DNA from: Leptonemataceae bacterium
GTDB taxonomy: Bacteria > Spirochaetota > Leptospiria > Leptospirales > Leptonemataceae
Length of the DNA stretch: 64,000 nucleotides
Direction: 5' to 3'
Assembly: GCA_965227295.1 (NCBI GenBank)
Contig: OZ245742.1
Span: 2,560,001 to 2,624,000 of the forward strand
Shown: positions 1 through 9,132 of the stretch, piece by piece
Layout of the letters: each line of letters opens with the position of its first letter
Position numbering within the stretch: the first letter of the stretch is position 1
Notes under the pieces: model-generated
What the model was told of the DNA's origin: nothing
The model's input: the letters and a program-made list of their open reading frames with translations, nothing else
Databases searched by the model: none
Translations under genes and position numbers: made by a program

Positions 1-268
1 CGAAGTAGGCCTTGAACTGGACCATGCCCGCCGTGGTAAAGAGCAGCGTCGGATCACCGGCGGGAATGAGGCCGGCGGACGCCGTCTGGGTGTGATCCTG
101 TTTCCGGAAGTAGTCGATCCACTCCCGGCGCAGACGGGCCACGGACCAGGACTCTGCCGGACTTGCCTTCGATTTCGGTGCGGTCTTCGTAACGTTTTTC
201 ACGGATGCTTTCTTTGCCTTTGGGGATGATTTCACGGACTTTTTCTTCGTGCTCTTCTTCTTACTCAT
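1..268 (-). CDS. alaS: Alanine--tRNA ligase, N-terminal part (runs off the window start), with Lys-rich N-terminal extension
   Basis: Hand translation from ATG at 268: MSKKKSTKKKSVKSSPKAKKASVKNVTKTAPKSKASPAESWSVARLRREWIDYFRKQDHTQTASAGLIPAGDPTLLFTTAGMVQFKAYF; DPTLLFTxAGMVQFK is the AlaRS N-terminal signature. Confidence 0.95.
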   Translation of the reverse strand, partial: MSKKKSTKKKSVKSSPKAKKASVKNVTKTAPKSKASPAESWSVARLRREWIDYFRKQDHTQTASAGLIPAGDPTLLFTTAGMVQFKAYF

Positions 269-409
269 GATCGTGGGTCTGCGCGCGAGCCGCGCCGTAG
301 TATCTTTAATATAGAAACGTTTCTTCCAGTCAAAAAGCGCTGTATCCCCCGTCAATTCCGATGCCCCTTGCTTTGCTTTACACGATCGGCCCGCGGCAAA
401 CACTGGCGC

Positions 410-799
410 GTGCCGATTCTACGGAAAGTCGCTCTGGGCCTCTTCCTGCTGTGCGCCGGTGTGGGCTGTGCCGAGACGGGAGAGCAGGAGATGGACTTTC
501 TCTGGGGGAAGGACGTTCTGAATCGGAGCCAGGCCAAAGAGCGGCTCCGCACCGGTGTTCGCATCAACGTCAACGTCTGCCCGCAGCACACCATCGCCGG
601 CTGGTACGCCATCGCCTACAGCATCCCCGCGTTTTTGAACGAGGCACACTACGACGCGGCGGAAATCGACGCCTGCATGTTTCTGTTGGCCGCCGTCCCG
701 TGCGGCTTCGACGTCGAGAACAGCCAGCCCTTCCGGCTGAACCTCTACAACGCCTTTCTTGAGGTATGCAGTCCGTCCAGCGTTGGCCCGTCTTTCTGA
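410..799 (+). CDS. Putative Cys-rich lipoprotein (Leptospira-like small lipoprotein)
   Basis: ORF 368..799, likely GTG start at 410; signal peptide ending GVG-C; several Cys including YDAAEIDAC. Confidence 0.6.
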   Translation: MPILRKVALGLFLLCAGVGCAETGEQEMDFLWGKDVLNRSQAKERLRTGVRINVNVCPQHTIAGWYAIAYSIPAFLNEAHYDAAEIDACMFLLAAVPCGFDVENSQPFRLNLYNAFLEVCSPSSVGPSF

Positions 800-1052
800 A
801 CGAGCAGTGACATAATCCCCGGGAGGAAGATTGTCCCGGCCTGTTGCCGAAAAAGTTCGTGCATTTCTAAAAAATTTCTGGAATGATCTGTCACGGAACC
901 GTCGTACCGAAGAGGCGGTTCATCGGCGTATCCGGCGAAAAACTTCAGAAAAAACCGCCGCCGACAGAAAAGTTTGTCGGTTCATCCGCCGAAACTCTAC
1001 ATCAGGAAAGGACTGTGTTCCTTCCGGAGTTAACGAGGACACCGAGGACAAC

Positions 1053-1820
1053 ATGAAGAACTTCAGCGTTCTGACAGCGATTTGTGCGGCCATCGCCGCG
1101 GGAGGGCTCGTGCTGGTTCCGCCGGTCCAGGGCCAGCAGAATCCCCCGGAGCAGGGCTTCGAGGCCCCGCCGGTAAGCCGCAATGTCGTGAAGAAAAAGG
1201 CCACCGATCCCATGCGCCGTTGTCCGAACCGGGACCAGCAGCCGGATGTCCCGGAGGGCGAGCTGATCTTCTACTCCACGTCCTGGGGCAACAACCCGCA
1301 GGAAGGCCAGTACCGCCAGGAAATGGAACGTTTGCTGCGCCTCGAAATCAACAACGTGAAGTCGGCCCTGGAAGATGTGGCCGCCAAACATAAAGAACTC
1401 ATCCGCCTCTATCCGGAATTCGAAGACTACCAGGAGATCGTCCTTGAGGACGTTCCCGGTACCTGGCGCGACGGCATTTACGTAAACTCCAAGAAGATGA
1501 TCATCTTCCATTATGACGACAACAAGGAACTCGACTGCGTGGTCCTCGATTCCGTCACCCGGTCTATTTACGGGCCCAACCAGTGGACCCGCAAGCTCAT
1601 CCGCCTCTACTATCCGAACATCCAGACCATGGAACTCCAGACCCTCCGGCACAATTACAGCCTGGAGGAAACCCTGGAGAAAACCAGCCCCGAGATTCAG
1701 CTCCGCGCCCTGCGATTGATTTTCCTGAACCTGCGCACGGCCCTGTACTCCATGGACATGATGATCGCCGCGTTCTACGATCTGCGGAACAAAAAGAACG
1801 ACTGGCAGATCAACCTGTAA
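1053..1820 (+). CDS. Secreted hypothetical protein
   Basis: GAGGA RBS before ATG 1053; signal peptide MKNFSVLTAICAAIAAGGLVLVPPVQG; typical codon usage. Confidence 0.8.
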   Translation: MKNFSVLTAICAAIAAGGLVLVPPVQGQQNPPEQGFEAPPVSRNVVKKKATDPMRRCPNRDQQPDVPEGELIFYSTSWGNNPQEGQYRQEMERLLRLEINNVKSALEDVAAKHKELIRLYPEFEDYQEIVLEDVPGTWRDGIYVNSKKMIIFHYDDNKELDCVVLDSVTRSIYGPNQWTRKLIRLYYPNIQTMELQTLRHNYSLEETLEKTSPEIQLRALRLIFLNLRTALYSMDMMIAAFYDLRNKKNDWQINL

Positions 1821-1835
1821 CTCCGGCAAATCCCG

Positions 1836-1954
1836 GGGCGCGGCATGATCGGGGGTGGCGACGCCCCCGTCGCGCGCGCATCCATGCGCGAGCGCCGGGG
1901 GAGCTTCGCCCTCCGTGGCTCCGCAACTACGCCACCCCCGACCACGCCGCGCCC
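1836..1954. repeat. Long palindromic intergenic element (REP-like)
   Basis: 25-nt arms gggcgcggcatgatcgggggtggcg (1836-1860) and cgccacccccgaccacgccgcgccc (1930-1954), 2 mismatches; inner hairpin cgcgcat-cc-atgcgcg. Confidence 0.75.
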
Positions 1955-2096
1955 ACGGACCTGCCTACACTGTGCGGTTTCGATGTCATGGCACCCCCAA
2001 CCCCTGCCCATGCGCGTTCCGGTATTGAGATTGCCCTGGCTGGAGCACGGGAAAAGGCTTGCTCGGCCACATCGCCCGGGAAATTTGACCGTTACC

Positions 2097-2303
2097 ATGG
2101 CAGAAGAAGAAAAAACTGAAGCCCCGGCCGCCGCCGCGGAGGCGCCGGCGGAAGCAGGGGATACCAAGAACAAAAAGGTCAACAAAATGGACCTCGGCGA
2201 AGTCAGCGCCGCCATTAAGAAGACCGAAGAGAAAATGGGCGGCCTCACCAGCAAGTATGCGCTGGCCCTCCTGGCCCGCAAGAGCGAGCTGGAAGCCTCC
2301 TGA
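2097..2303 (+). CDS. Small hypothetical protein (68 aa)
   Basis: MAEEEKTEAPAAAAEAPAEAGDTKNKKVNKMDL...; strongly biased codons; in-frame ATG within ORF 1845..2303. Confidence 0.75.
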   Translation: MAEEEKTEAPAAAAEAPAEAGDTKNKKVNKMDLGEVSAAIKKTEEKMGGLTSKYALALLARKSELEAS

Positions 2304-2407
2304 TCCATCCCGCGCGGCGGTCCCGGCGCGCGGAAAATCGCTCTTTCTTTCCACAAACACTTGTTTTTCGCGGCGGAATCGTCGAAAATAGAGGACGAGG
2401 ACACGCG

Positions 2408-2806
2408 ATGAGCACGAAGACCGTATATCTACTCACCATCCTGCTGATGCTGGGCCTGGCCACGGGCCTGCCCGCGCAAAACGAGGGCGGCGGCGATCAG
2501 CAGCAGCCCGGCATTTGTTTCCGGCCCATCGATTACCAGTACGACGTCTGCATCGACTTCAAGAAGAAGTGGTACTACCCATACCGTCTCTCCGAGTGGA
2601 TGGTCATCTACGTGCGGGACGCCTACTCCCCGGCCGCGTCACACATCTGGAATTCCGGCCAGTATCTCATGGATTTCGAGGAGTGGGAGAAACTGAAGTC
2701 GGCCCTCGCCGGCCAGGGCCTGCCGGCCGTGTGCGTGCATCCGGACTACCGGCTCAAGCCCGAAGAACGCCCGCTGACGCGCCGCGAATACTGTAAGTTG
2801 CAGTAA
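2408..2806 (+). CDS. Secreted hypothetical protein
   Basis: GAGGA RBS; signal peptide ending GLPA-Q. Confidence 0.75.
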   Translation: MSTKTVYLLTILLMLGLATGLPAQNEGGGDQQQPGICFRPIDYQYDVCIDFKKKWYYPYRLSEWMVIYVRDAYSPAASHIWNSGQYLMDFEEWEKLKSALAGQGLPAVCVHPDYRLKPEERPLTRREYCKLQ

Positions 2807-2856
2807 TTCAACGCCCCTGGAACCACAGGGTGAAGTAAATTCAATCAGCTTGATTT

Positions 2857-3000
2857 GGGCGCCCCCGCCGCGTTGCGGCGGTCGGGCTGCCCGGTGGGGA
2901 ACCAACTGGCGCAGCCCCGACAAGCGGGGCTTTGCCGGCGTCCGCTGTCGCTTCGGTCCTTCGGACTCGCGCTACGCGCGACCCTGCACATCCCTGGCGC
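2857..3000. repeat. Multi-hairpin intergenic element between convergent genes
   Basis: Hairpins ccgccgc-gtt-gcggcgg, gtc-cttcg-gac (C-UUCG-G loop), cgcgc-tac-gcgcg. Confidence 0.5.
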
Positions 3001-3015
3001 GAAGACACTTAATCT

Positions 3016-3627
3016 CTAACTTTTCCTTCTTCCCTCTGTGTTCTCTGTGGCAAAAGTTCCGAGAGCGAGCGCCTCGTCCAGCGACAGGACGCCGCCGTCG
3101 CTGTAATCGCCGATGGCATAGATCTTCGCCGGGCCCGGACCCATCGTCACGTGCACCCAGGCCGGCCGGCCCGCGCTGCCGTGTTCGTGGATGATTTCCC
3201 GCAACCGCAGCGACTCCGCGTGCAGAAGCGTAGCTACAAATAAGTAAAAGTTAGCGTTGGTATCTTTGCAGTCGCCGCCGTGTTTGCGGACGGCGGCTTC
3301 GATCGTCCGGCGAACGCGTTCCGTCGCCTGGTCCTCAAAGAACACGTCGTCGAGGACCAGGTCCACCGCCAGGCCGTGGATGTGCGGCGAGTCCGGCCGG
3401 CCGCCGACACGTTCGTTGAGCCGCGGAGAACGATAGCCGCTCGTGATGCGGGGCCGGTAGCCGAGGATGTCGCACAGGGGTTCCAGGCTCTCGCGGCGCA
3501 GCGTTTCCAGCGCGGCCAGAACATCTGCGGAGGGCCGGCGTTGGAGTTCGCTGAGCTGATCGTCCGCGCCGGCAATGTCCGAGCGCAGCAGGTCGTCGAT
3601 CGAATAGTGGGACGAAGTGGATTGCAT
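3016..3627 (-). CDS. Peptidase M15A family (D-Ala-D-Ala carboxypeptidase-like)
   Basis: ITSGYRS...N..VGG...SPHIHGLAVD and WVHV motifs. Confidence 0.85.
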   Translation of the reverse strand: MQSTSSHYSIDDLLRSDIAGADDQLSELQRRPSADVLAALETLRRESLEPLCDILGYRPRITSGYRSPRLNERVGGRPDSPHIHGLAVDLVLDDVFFEDQATERVRRTIEAAVRKHGGDCKDTNANFYLFVATLLHAESLRLREIIHEHGSAGRPAWVHVTMGPGPAKIYAIGDYSDGGVLSLDEALALGTFATENTEGRRKS

Positions 3628-3633
3628 GCGTGT

Positions 3634-4917
3634 TCAGTAGCGCTGCTCGCCCAGGCCGATGGTGTTGCGGATTTCTCCGGCGATGTACGCGAGGTCGTGG
3701 ACCGACGGCCCCTGGCCCGCGGCTATGAGATTCGACGCGTCCCAGAGTGACAGGCGTTTCAGTTTTTCCTCTTTGACGCCGCCGCTGCGTACGCCGCGCT
3801 GGAAGGGGCCCACGTTGTACATGAAACTGTTCGCAAAGTTCACGTCCCGGAAGTCCGGGGCCAGGCCCAGGGCGAGCCAGTAGTGACCCTCGTCGGAGCG
3901 ATTGATCTGCACGCCGCGCACCTGGTCGGCGGGGATTTCGATCTCCGTGCTGAAACGTTTCAGAAAGCGAAACTCAAGCCGGGCAATCAGCATGTCCGAA
4001 CGTAAGATGAGCCGGTAGGTTCGCAGCTGCATCAGAATCACCAGCCCGACGATGCCGTAGAAGATGAGGCAGAATGGAATCGCGAATACCAGGAAGATGA
4101 TGTCGCCCGGGCCGTCCCCCATTCCCGTGAAGGCCTGACCGAAGATGAGCACCGGCGCACCGAGGAACAGAGCCAGGGCCAGGAACATGATGAGGCGCGC
4201 CCCGGGGCTGGTGCGATTGGGGCGCAACGTCAGTACGCGCCCGTCGCTTTCGTAGGTTTCGTGATAGAAGTGCGGGTTCGGCGCCTGGAGCGGCACGTCC
4301 CGCGGTTCGTAACTTGCGCTCGCCTCACGTTTGTACCCGACCTCCGAATGTGAATCCACGGCGAAGCCGGTGTAGGCGGCGATGCCGTCGGCGACGTTCA
4401 CGGTGTGCTCTTTGGACCGCGAGCCCTCGATGATCAGCTCGCTGCCGTTTTTCAAGACGAGCAGGGCGCCGTAGACGTAGTGCCCCGTGCCGGACGTGCT
4501 GCCGCCGGTGGTGTTGGACGATTTGTACTCGCGGGTGATGTGCAGGCGCTCCACGTCTCCGAACGGTATGACGTACGGAACCATGTTCGCGCCGCCGTAA
4601 CTGAAACGAACCTCTTCGGCGTGTTTGTCGAACATCACGCTTTCGCGGAAGTCGCGTTTCCAGTTGAAGAAGGCGGCGTAGATGCCGATGACACCGATCA
4701 CCGTGGCGCCGATGCCGAAGCCGGTGAAGAAGAGATCGAACTCGTCGACGCTGTCGGGATTGAGGACGGGTTCCAGGGCCGCGAGCAGCACGACCAGGCC
4801 GATGAGCACGAAGATGCTTGCGAAGAGGCCGACGCCGACGAGCAGGCAGCCGATGCCGCCGCTGCGTTTTTTGACTTCATAGCCGTATTGATGGTCGAAA
4901 TGTTGCCAGTCTGCCAT
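3634..4917 (-). CDS. Membrane protein of unknown function (two TM-hairpin units)
   Basis: 427-aa ORF with four hydrophobic helices in two pairs. Confidence 0.75.
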   Translation of the reverse strand: MADWQHFDHQYGYEVKKRSGGIGCLLVGVGLFASIFVLIGLVVLLAALEPVLNPDSVDEFDLFFTGFGIGATVIGVIGIYAAFFNWKRDFRESVMFDKHAEEVRFSYGGANMVPYVIPFGDVERLHITREYKSSNTTGGSTSGTGHYVYGALLVLKNGSELIIEGSRSKEHTVNVADGIAAYTGFAVDSHSEVGYKREASASYEPRDVPLQAPNPHFYHETYESDGRVLTLRPNRTSPGARLIMFLALALFLGAPVLIFGQAFTGMGDGPGDIIFLVFAIPFCLIFYGIVGLVILMQLRTYRLILRSDMLIARLEFRFLKRFSTEIEIPADQVRGVQINRSDEGHYWLALGLAPDFRDVNFANSFMYNVGPFQRGVRSGGVKEEKLKRLSLWDASNLIAAGQGPSVHDLAYIAGEIRNTIGLGEQRY

Positions 4918-5026
4918 GGGAGGTCAGTCGGACTCTTTTTAGCTTTTTCCGCAACGGGAAAACGGCAGTCATACGCGCCGCCCCAATTCTGCTCGACGAA
5001 TTTTATACAGGGTGCATACCGATGCC

Positions 5027-5749
5027 ATGAAGGGCCGGTGTCTTGCTGTCGGTCGAATCATCTTGCCGGTCTGGCTGATCGCGGGTTGTGCCTACGGGCA
5101 TCCCCTGGTCGGGATCTATCCGGACGAGCCGGACAGGTCGGCGTTCCCCGTGGAATTGCTGGCCGGCCTCGGTCTGGCATCCGCCAACTGGCCGCTCTAT
5201 CGCAGCACGGCCTTCAACGGCCATGCCGGCCTGCAGTTCACCGGTACCGAAAACATCGTCGTCGATACGTCCGCCATCGTCTACAACGGCATGACGGTGA
5301 TTCTGGCGATTTACGCGGACTCGGCCGGCGGCGGGACCGGCGTGGTGGAACACCGCAACGCCGCCGATGTCGGTTCGTGGAGCATCTTACAATGCACGCC
5401 GCCGTGGGGTTGCGGCAGCGGCGGATTGCGCAATGAGATGATCGGCGCGCCTGCGTACGATACGCCGATTTTGAGTGATCAGTTTCGGATTCTAACGTTT
5501 CGCAACGTTCCGAACACCAGCCTGGATTATTACTGCGACGGCGGTTTCTTGAATTCGGACCCCGGCACGTATGCCGTCGCGAACAACGGCAACAATCTGC
5601 GCATCGGTTCGCGCTATACCGATACGGCCTACTTTATCGGCTACATCGCCGAGATTGCCTTCTACAATCGCAATCTGGAGAGCGAACGCCAGGCAGTGGA
5701 GAGTTATCTGAGTACGAAGTACGACATACTTCTCGACGGCGGTTGTTGA
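5027..5749 (+). CDS. Putative lipoprotein with LamG/concanavalin-like C-terminal domain
   Basis: LIAG-C lipobox; C-terminal LRIG...FIGYIAEIAFYNRNL...ERQAVESYLSTKY pattern. Confidence 0.65.
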   Translation: MKGRCLAVGRIILPVWLIAGCAYGHPLVGIYPDEPDRSAFPVELLAGLGLASANWPLYRSTAFNGHAGLQFTGTENIVVDTSAIVYNGMTVILAIYADSAGGGTGVVEHRNAADVGSWSILQCTPPWGCGSGGLRNEMIGAPAYDTPILSDQFRILTFRNVPNTSLDYYCDGGFLNSDPGTYAVANNGNNLRIGSRYTDTAYFIGYIAEIAFYNRNLESERQAVESYLSTKYDILLDGGC

Positions 5750-5794
5750 GCCGGCACCCCACGGCCGCGGATGGTCCTCTCGCGCTGATCCTGA

Positions 5795-7324
5795 TTATTC
5801 GCGTTTACGCAGACTGCGCAGTAAGCCGAAGCTCGCCGTAAGCAGCAGCAACGCCATGGGCAGGCCCGACGTCAGTGAGGCCGTGCGCAGTGCCTGGAGT
5901 CCGCCGGCCAATAGCAGCGTTGCCGCGGTGGCACCCTCGGCCACGGCCCAGAAGACTCGCTGGGCCCGGGGCGGATGTGGATGCCCGCCCGAGGTGATCA
6001 TGTCGTCCACGAGGGAGCCGGAGTCCGAGGACGTTATGAAAAAGACGATGACCAGCACGGTGGCGAAAACCGTAGTAACTTCTGCAAAAGGCATGTTAGC
6101 GAGTAGATGATGCAACGACAGGGCCGCGTCCTGTTCGACCACGCTCTGCAACTCCGTGCGTCCGTCGGATTCGAAGTACAGCGCCGTCCCGCCGAAGACG
6201 CTCAGCCACAGCAACGTCGCGATGGTGGGGACCATGAGCACGCCCAGAACGAACTCGCGTACCGTGCGGCCTTTCGAGATGCGCGCCACGAACATGCCGA
6301 CGAAGGGGCACCAGGAAATCCACCAGCCCCAGTAGAAGAGCGTCCAGTCCTGCTGCCAGTCCGCGTCCGGGCTCAGCTCCATCCGCAGGCTCATCGCGGG
6401 CAACTGTTGCAGGTACTCGCCGGCGCCGGTAAAAAAGAGCCGCACCAGATAGTCCGTGGGGCCCGCGACGAAGACGAACAGTAAGAGCAGCGCGGCCAAC
6501 GCGATGTTCAGCATGCTCAAGCGGCGAATGCCGGCCTGGATTCCCAGAACCACGGAAACCGTGGCCGCCGCAGTGATGACGGCGATGATCAGAAACTGCG
6601 TAAATGCACTCTGGCTAACGTTCAGTACGGGAATGCTTGCGAGTCCGGCATTGATCTGCATGGCGCCGAAGCCGAGGGACGTCGCCACACCGAAGAGCGT
6701 TCCCGTTACGGCGACGACGTCGGTGGTGCGCCCGAATACGCCGTGAATGCCCGCGCGGCCCAGGAAGGGATACAGCAGAGAGCGCGGGGCCAGGGGCAAA
6801 TCGCAGCGGAAGTGATAGTAGGCCAGCGCCAGGCCGAGCAGGACGTAGACGGCCCAGGGCTGGAGGCCCCAGTGAAAGAAGGTCCAGCGCAGGGCCGTGA
6901 CGTGGCGCCGGGCCTCCGGAAGCGTGCCCGTATCCGCGGCGGCGAAGGGTGGTTCGTAGAAGTGCGTGATCGGTTCGGCCACCGCCCAGAAGACCAGGCC
7001 GGTTCCCATGCCGGCGCTGAAGAGCATGGCGAACCAGGCGAGGATCGAAAACGCCGGGCGCTCGTCGTCCTTCCCCAGGCGCAGCCCTCCGTAGCGGCCC
7101 AGGCCGAAGTAGAGGACGAAACCGAAGACCACGGCCGTCGTCAGCACGTAAAACCATCCCAGGGAACCCAGGATAAATTGCTGCATGTATTCAAAAAATG
7201 CGGCCGTGCTCGCCGTATGCACGGTGCCGGCGTACAGAAACGTGAGGATCACTCCGGCGGAGCCGAGGAAAACCGGCGGGTCCATCGCCGCGCTGAAGCG
7301 TTGCCAGTGCTCTCTGAGTCGCAC
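5795..7324 (-). CDS. betT: BCCT family (betaine/choline/carnitine) transporter
   Basis: WFAMLFSAGMG, WTFFHWG, WTLFYWGWWISWCPFVGMFVARISKGRTVREF. Confidence 0.92.
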   Translation of the reverse strand: MRLREHWQRFSAAMDPPVFLGSAGVILTFLYAGTVHTASTAAFFEYMQQFILGSLGWFYVLTTAVVFGFVLYFGLGRYGGLRLGKDDERPAFSILAWFAMLFSAGMGTGLVFWAVAEPITHFYEPPFAAADTGTLPEARRHVTALRWTFFHWGLQPWAVYVLLGLALAYYHFRCDLPLAPRSLLYPFLGRAGIHGVFGRTTDVVAVTGTLFGVATSLGFGAMQINAGLASIPVLNVSQSAFTQFLIIAVITAAATVSVVLGIQAGIRRLSMLNIALAALLLLFVFVAGPTDYLVRLFFTGAGEYLQQLPAMSLRMELSPDADWQQDWTLFYWGWWISWCPFVGMFVARISKGRTVREFVLGVLMVPTIATLLWLSVFGGTALYFESDGRTELQSVVEQDAALSLHHLLANMPFAEVTTVFATVLVIVFFITSSDSGSLVDDMITSGGHPHPPRAQRVFWAVAEGATAATLLLAGGLQALRTASLTSGLPMALLLLTASFGLLRSLRKRE

Positions 7325-7394
7325 CGATCTAACGTACTAACATTTCGTCTTTGCGCCGAACCCCTGGACGGAAAACCGGCGGGGTTCAGTCGCG

Positions 7395-8219
7395 TCAGCC
7401 GACCACACCGCCGGAAGTGGGGCCGAACTTTTGCTTGTTCTTGTTATACTCTTCGCGATCGGGGTTGACCTCGCGTTCTTCGATTCGCAGCTCACGTTGC
7501 TTATCCGGGGGGAGATTGCAAAGATCATGCGACCCGGCCGGGAGTTCGACGTGAACACCTTCCCGGAATTGGAGGACGATGCGGCCGCCTGGTGAGACGA
7601 CAAGGCGATCGTCTTTCGTAGCTTCGATGAAGCCGTGCTCCTTCAGATACTCCGCCAGAGGAATACCACCGTATGTTACCCTGCCACTGAAGGCCACCAC
7701 GGTGGCTTTGACGCCGCACCAGGCCCGTTTAATTTTTGGTTTGTCCGGTTCGGTCCGCCGGATCATCCGCCCCAATTGATTCTCGCGATCGGCCTGCAAC
7801 GTATGCGTTAACTCGTGGGCCATCAATCGGCGATCCGGAGTATTCGATCGGACTTCACTACGATCAACGAATACATCCTTGCCGATGGTGAATGCCCGTG
7901 CGTCGATGCTGCGTGTGATGCGATCCACGCCCGGCCCGATGTGCACGCGCACTGCATCGAAGTTGCGGCCGAAGCGCGGTTCGAAAAATGTACGCTCCGC
8001 GGTACTGAGCGGGCGTCCGCCGTTGCGGCGCAGTTGATCAATGCGGTGTTCCGTTGCGGCCAGGACACGCTGCGGCGCCTGAGCGGCGATCACGCCGCCC
8101 GCGTTCGCGGATCGTTGTAGTTGCGCGGAGGAGAGCGGTACCGGCTCACGTTCGGTCGCGGCCTGGCGGCGCGAACTGCTCCGGGATCTGCGATGGGTGC
8201 GTACGAATCTTCCAGCCAT
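7395..8219 (-). CDS. DUF4157 (eCIS-core-like, HExxH) domain protein
   Basis: GGRPL...FEPRFGRNFDAVRVH...ARAFTIGKDVF...LMAHELTHTLQ; start uncertain (8219 or 8252). Confidence 0.8.
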   Translation of the reverse strand: MAGRFVRTHRRSRSSSRRQAATEREPVPLSSAQLQRSANAGGVIAAQAPQRVLAATEHRIDQLRRNGGRPLSTAERTFFEPRFGRNFDAVRVHIGPGVDRITRSIDARAFTIGKDVFVDRSEVRSNTPDRRLMAHELTHTLQADRENQLGRMIRRTEPDKPKIKRAWCGVKATVVAFSGRVTYGGIPLAEYLKEHGFIEATKDDRLVVSPGGRIVLQFREGVHVELPAGSHDLCNLPPDKQRELRIEEREVNPDREEYNKNKQKFGPTSGGVVG

Positions 8220-8329
8220 GCCGAATCTTACGATGGAATCAAGAGAGATCAAGCCGGCCGCCCTCGCTGTGAGTTAAGACCGTAGTTTTTTCTAAGCTCG
8301 TGTAAGATGATGAAACGATTCGCCCGTGA

Positions 8330-8887
8330 TCAGAACGACTCTTCGCGAATGAACGCGTCCACGTGCAAGCCCGCGCGTCCGGTCTTTACATCGTCGAAGT
8401 AACGTTCGAGAGAAAACCGCACACTGCTGAACGCCAGATCTTCCCACGGAATCTCGTCCTCCGCAAACAAGCGTACTTCCAGAGACTCCGGCCCCGCGGA
8501 AAAATTCAGATTCTTAAGATCCGCGAGAAAGAGCATGTATACCTGGGAGATGTGCGGGATGCTGTAGACCGCGTGGAGGTTGCGGATCTCGACCTCGGCG
8601 TTGGCTTCTTCGCGCGTTTCGCGCAGACCGCCCTGTTCCACGGTCTCGCCGTTTTCCATGAAGCCGCTGGGCAACGTCCAGTAGCCGTAGCGCGGCTCGA
8701 TGCTCCGGCGGCAGAGCAGCACGGTGCCGTCCTCGCGCCAGACCGGCAGGCAGCCGACGATGATGCGCGGGTTGGAGTAATGGATGTGGCTGCACGTCCG
8801 GCAAATGTAACGCGGGAGATTGTCGCCGTCCGGAATCTTCCAGTCGAGGTCTCCGCCGCAGTGGTTGCAGTACTTCATGGTCGGCAT
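8330..8887 (-). CDS. NUDIX hydrolase with N-terminal zinc ribbon
   Basis: CxxC...CxxC and Nudix box [21 protein letters not shown]. Confidence 0.92.
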   Translation of the reverse strand: MPTMKYCNHCGGDLDWKIPDGDNLPRYICRTCSHIHYSNPRIIVGCLPVWREDGTVLLCRRSIEPRYGYWTLPSGFMENGETVEQGGLRETREEANAEVEIRNLHAVYSIPHISQVYMLFLADLKNLNFSAGPESLEVRLFAEDEIPWEDLAFSSVRFSLERYFDDVKTGRAGLHVDAFIREESF

Positions 8888-8899
8888 TTAGAAGAGTGT

Positions 8900-9014
8900 T
8901 TTACTCCGAGGACCGAGGGAACGAGTTTTTGGGGAGAGTGGTCCTGGCGTGATTGCGATCGGGCTAAGATGACTCTCCTTCTCTATTTCTCGGTACCTCG
9001 TTCCTCGGAGTAAA
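8900..9014. repeat. CCGAG-armed hairpin element (MITE/REP-like), copy 1
   Basis: tttactccgaggaccgagggaacgag ... ctcggtacctcgttcctcggagtaaa inverted arms. Confidence 0.85.
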
Positions 9015-9132
9015 TCATCCTCCAAACTACCCGAACTCCACCGCGATTTCCATCGTATTTTAAAAAATTGCGTGCGGCGACCGGTGCCTGGATCGTGTCC
9101 CCTTTCCGCGCGAGAGCGTGTGGGAGGTGCGC

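Noticed and set aside
930..1000. Sigma28 promoter (AAAG-N15-GCCGAAAC) and a flagellar-sheath identity for the 1053 gene
   Set aside because: The match to TAAA-N15-GCCGATAA is partial and I cannot recognise the protein family
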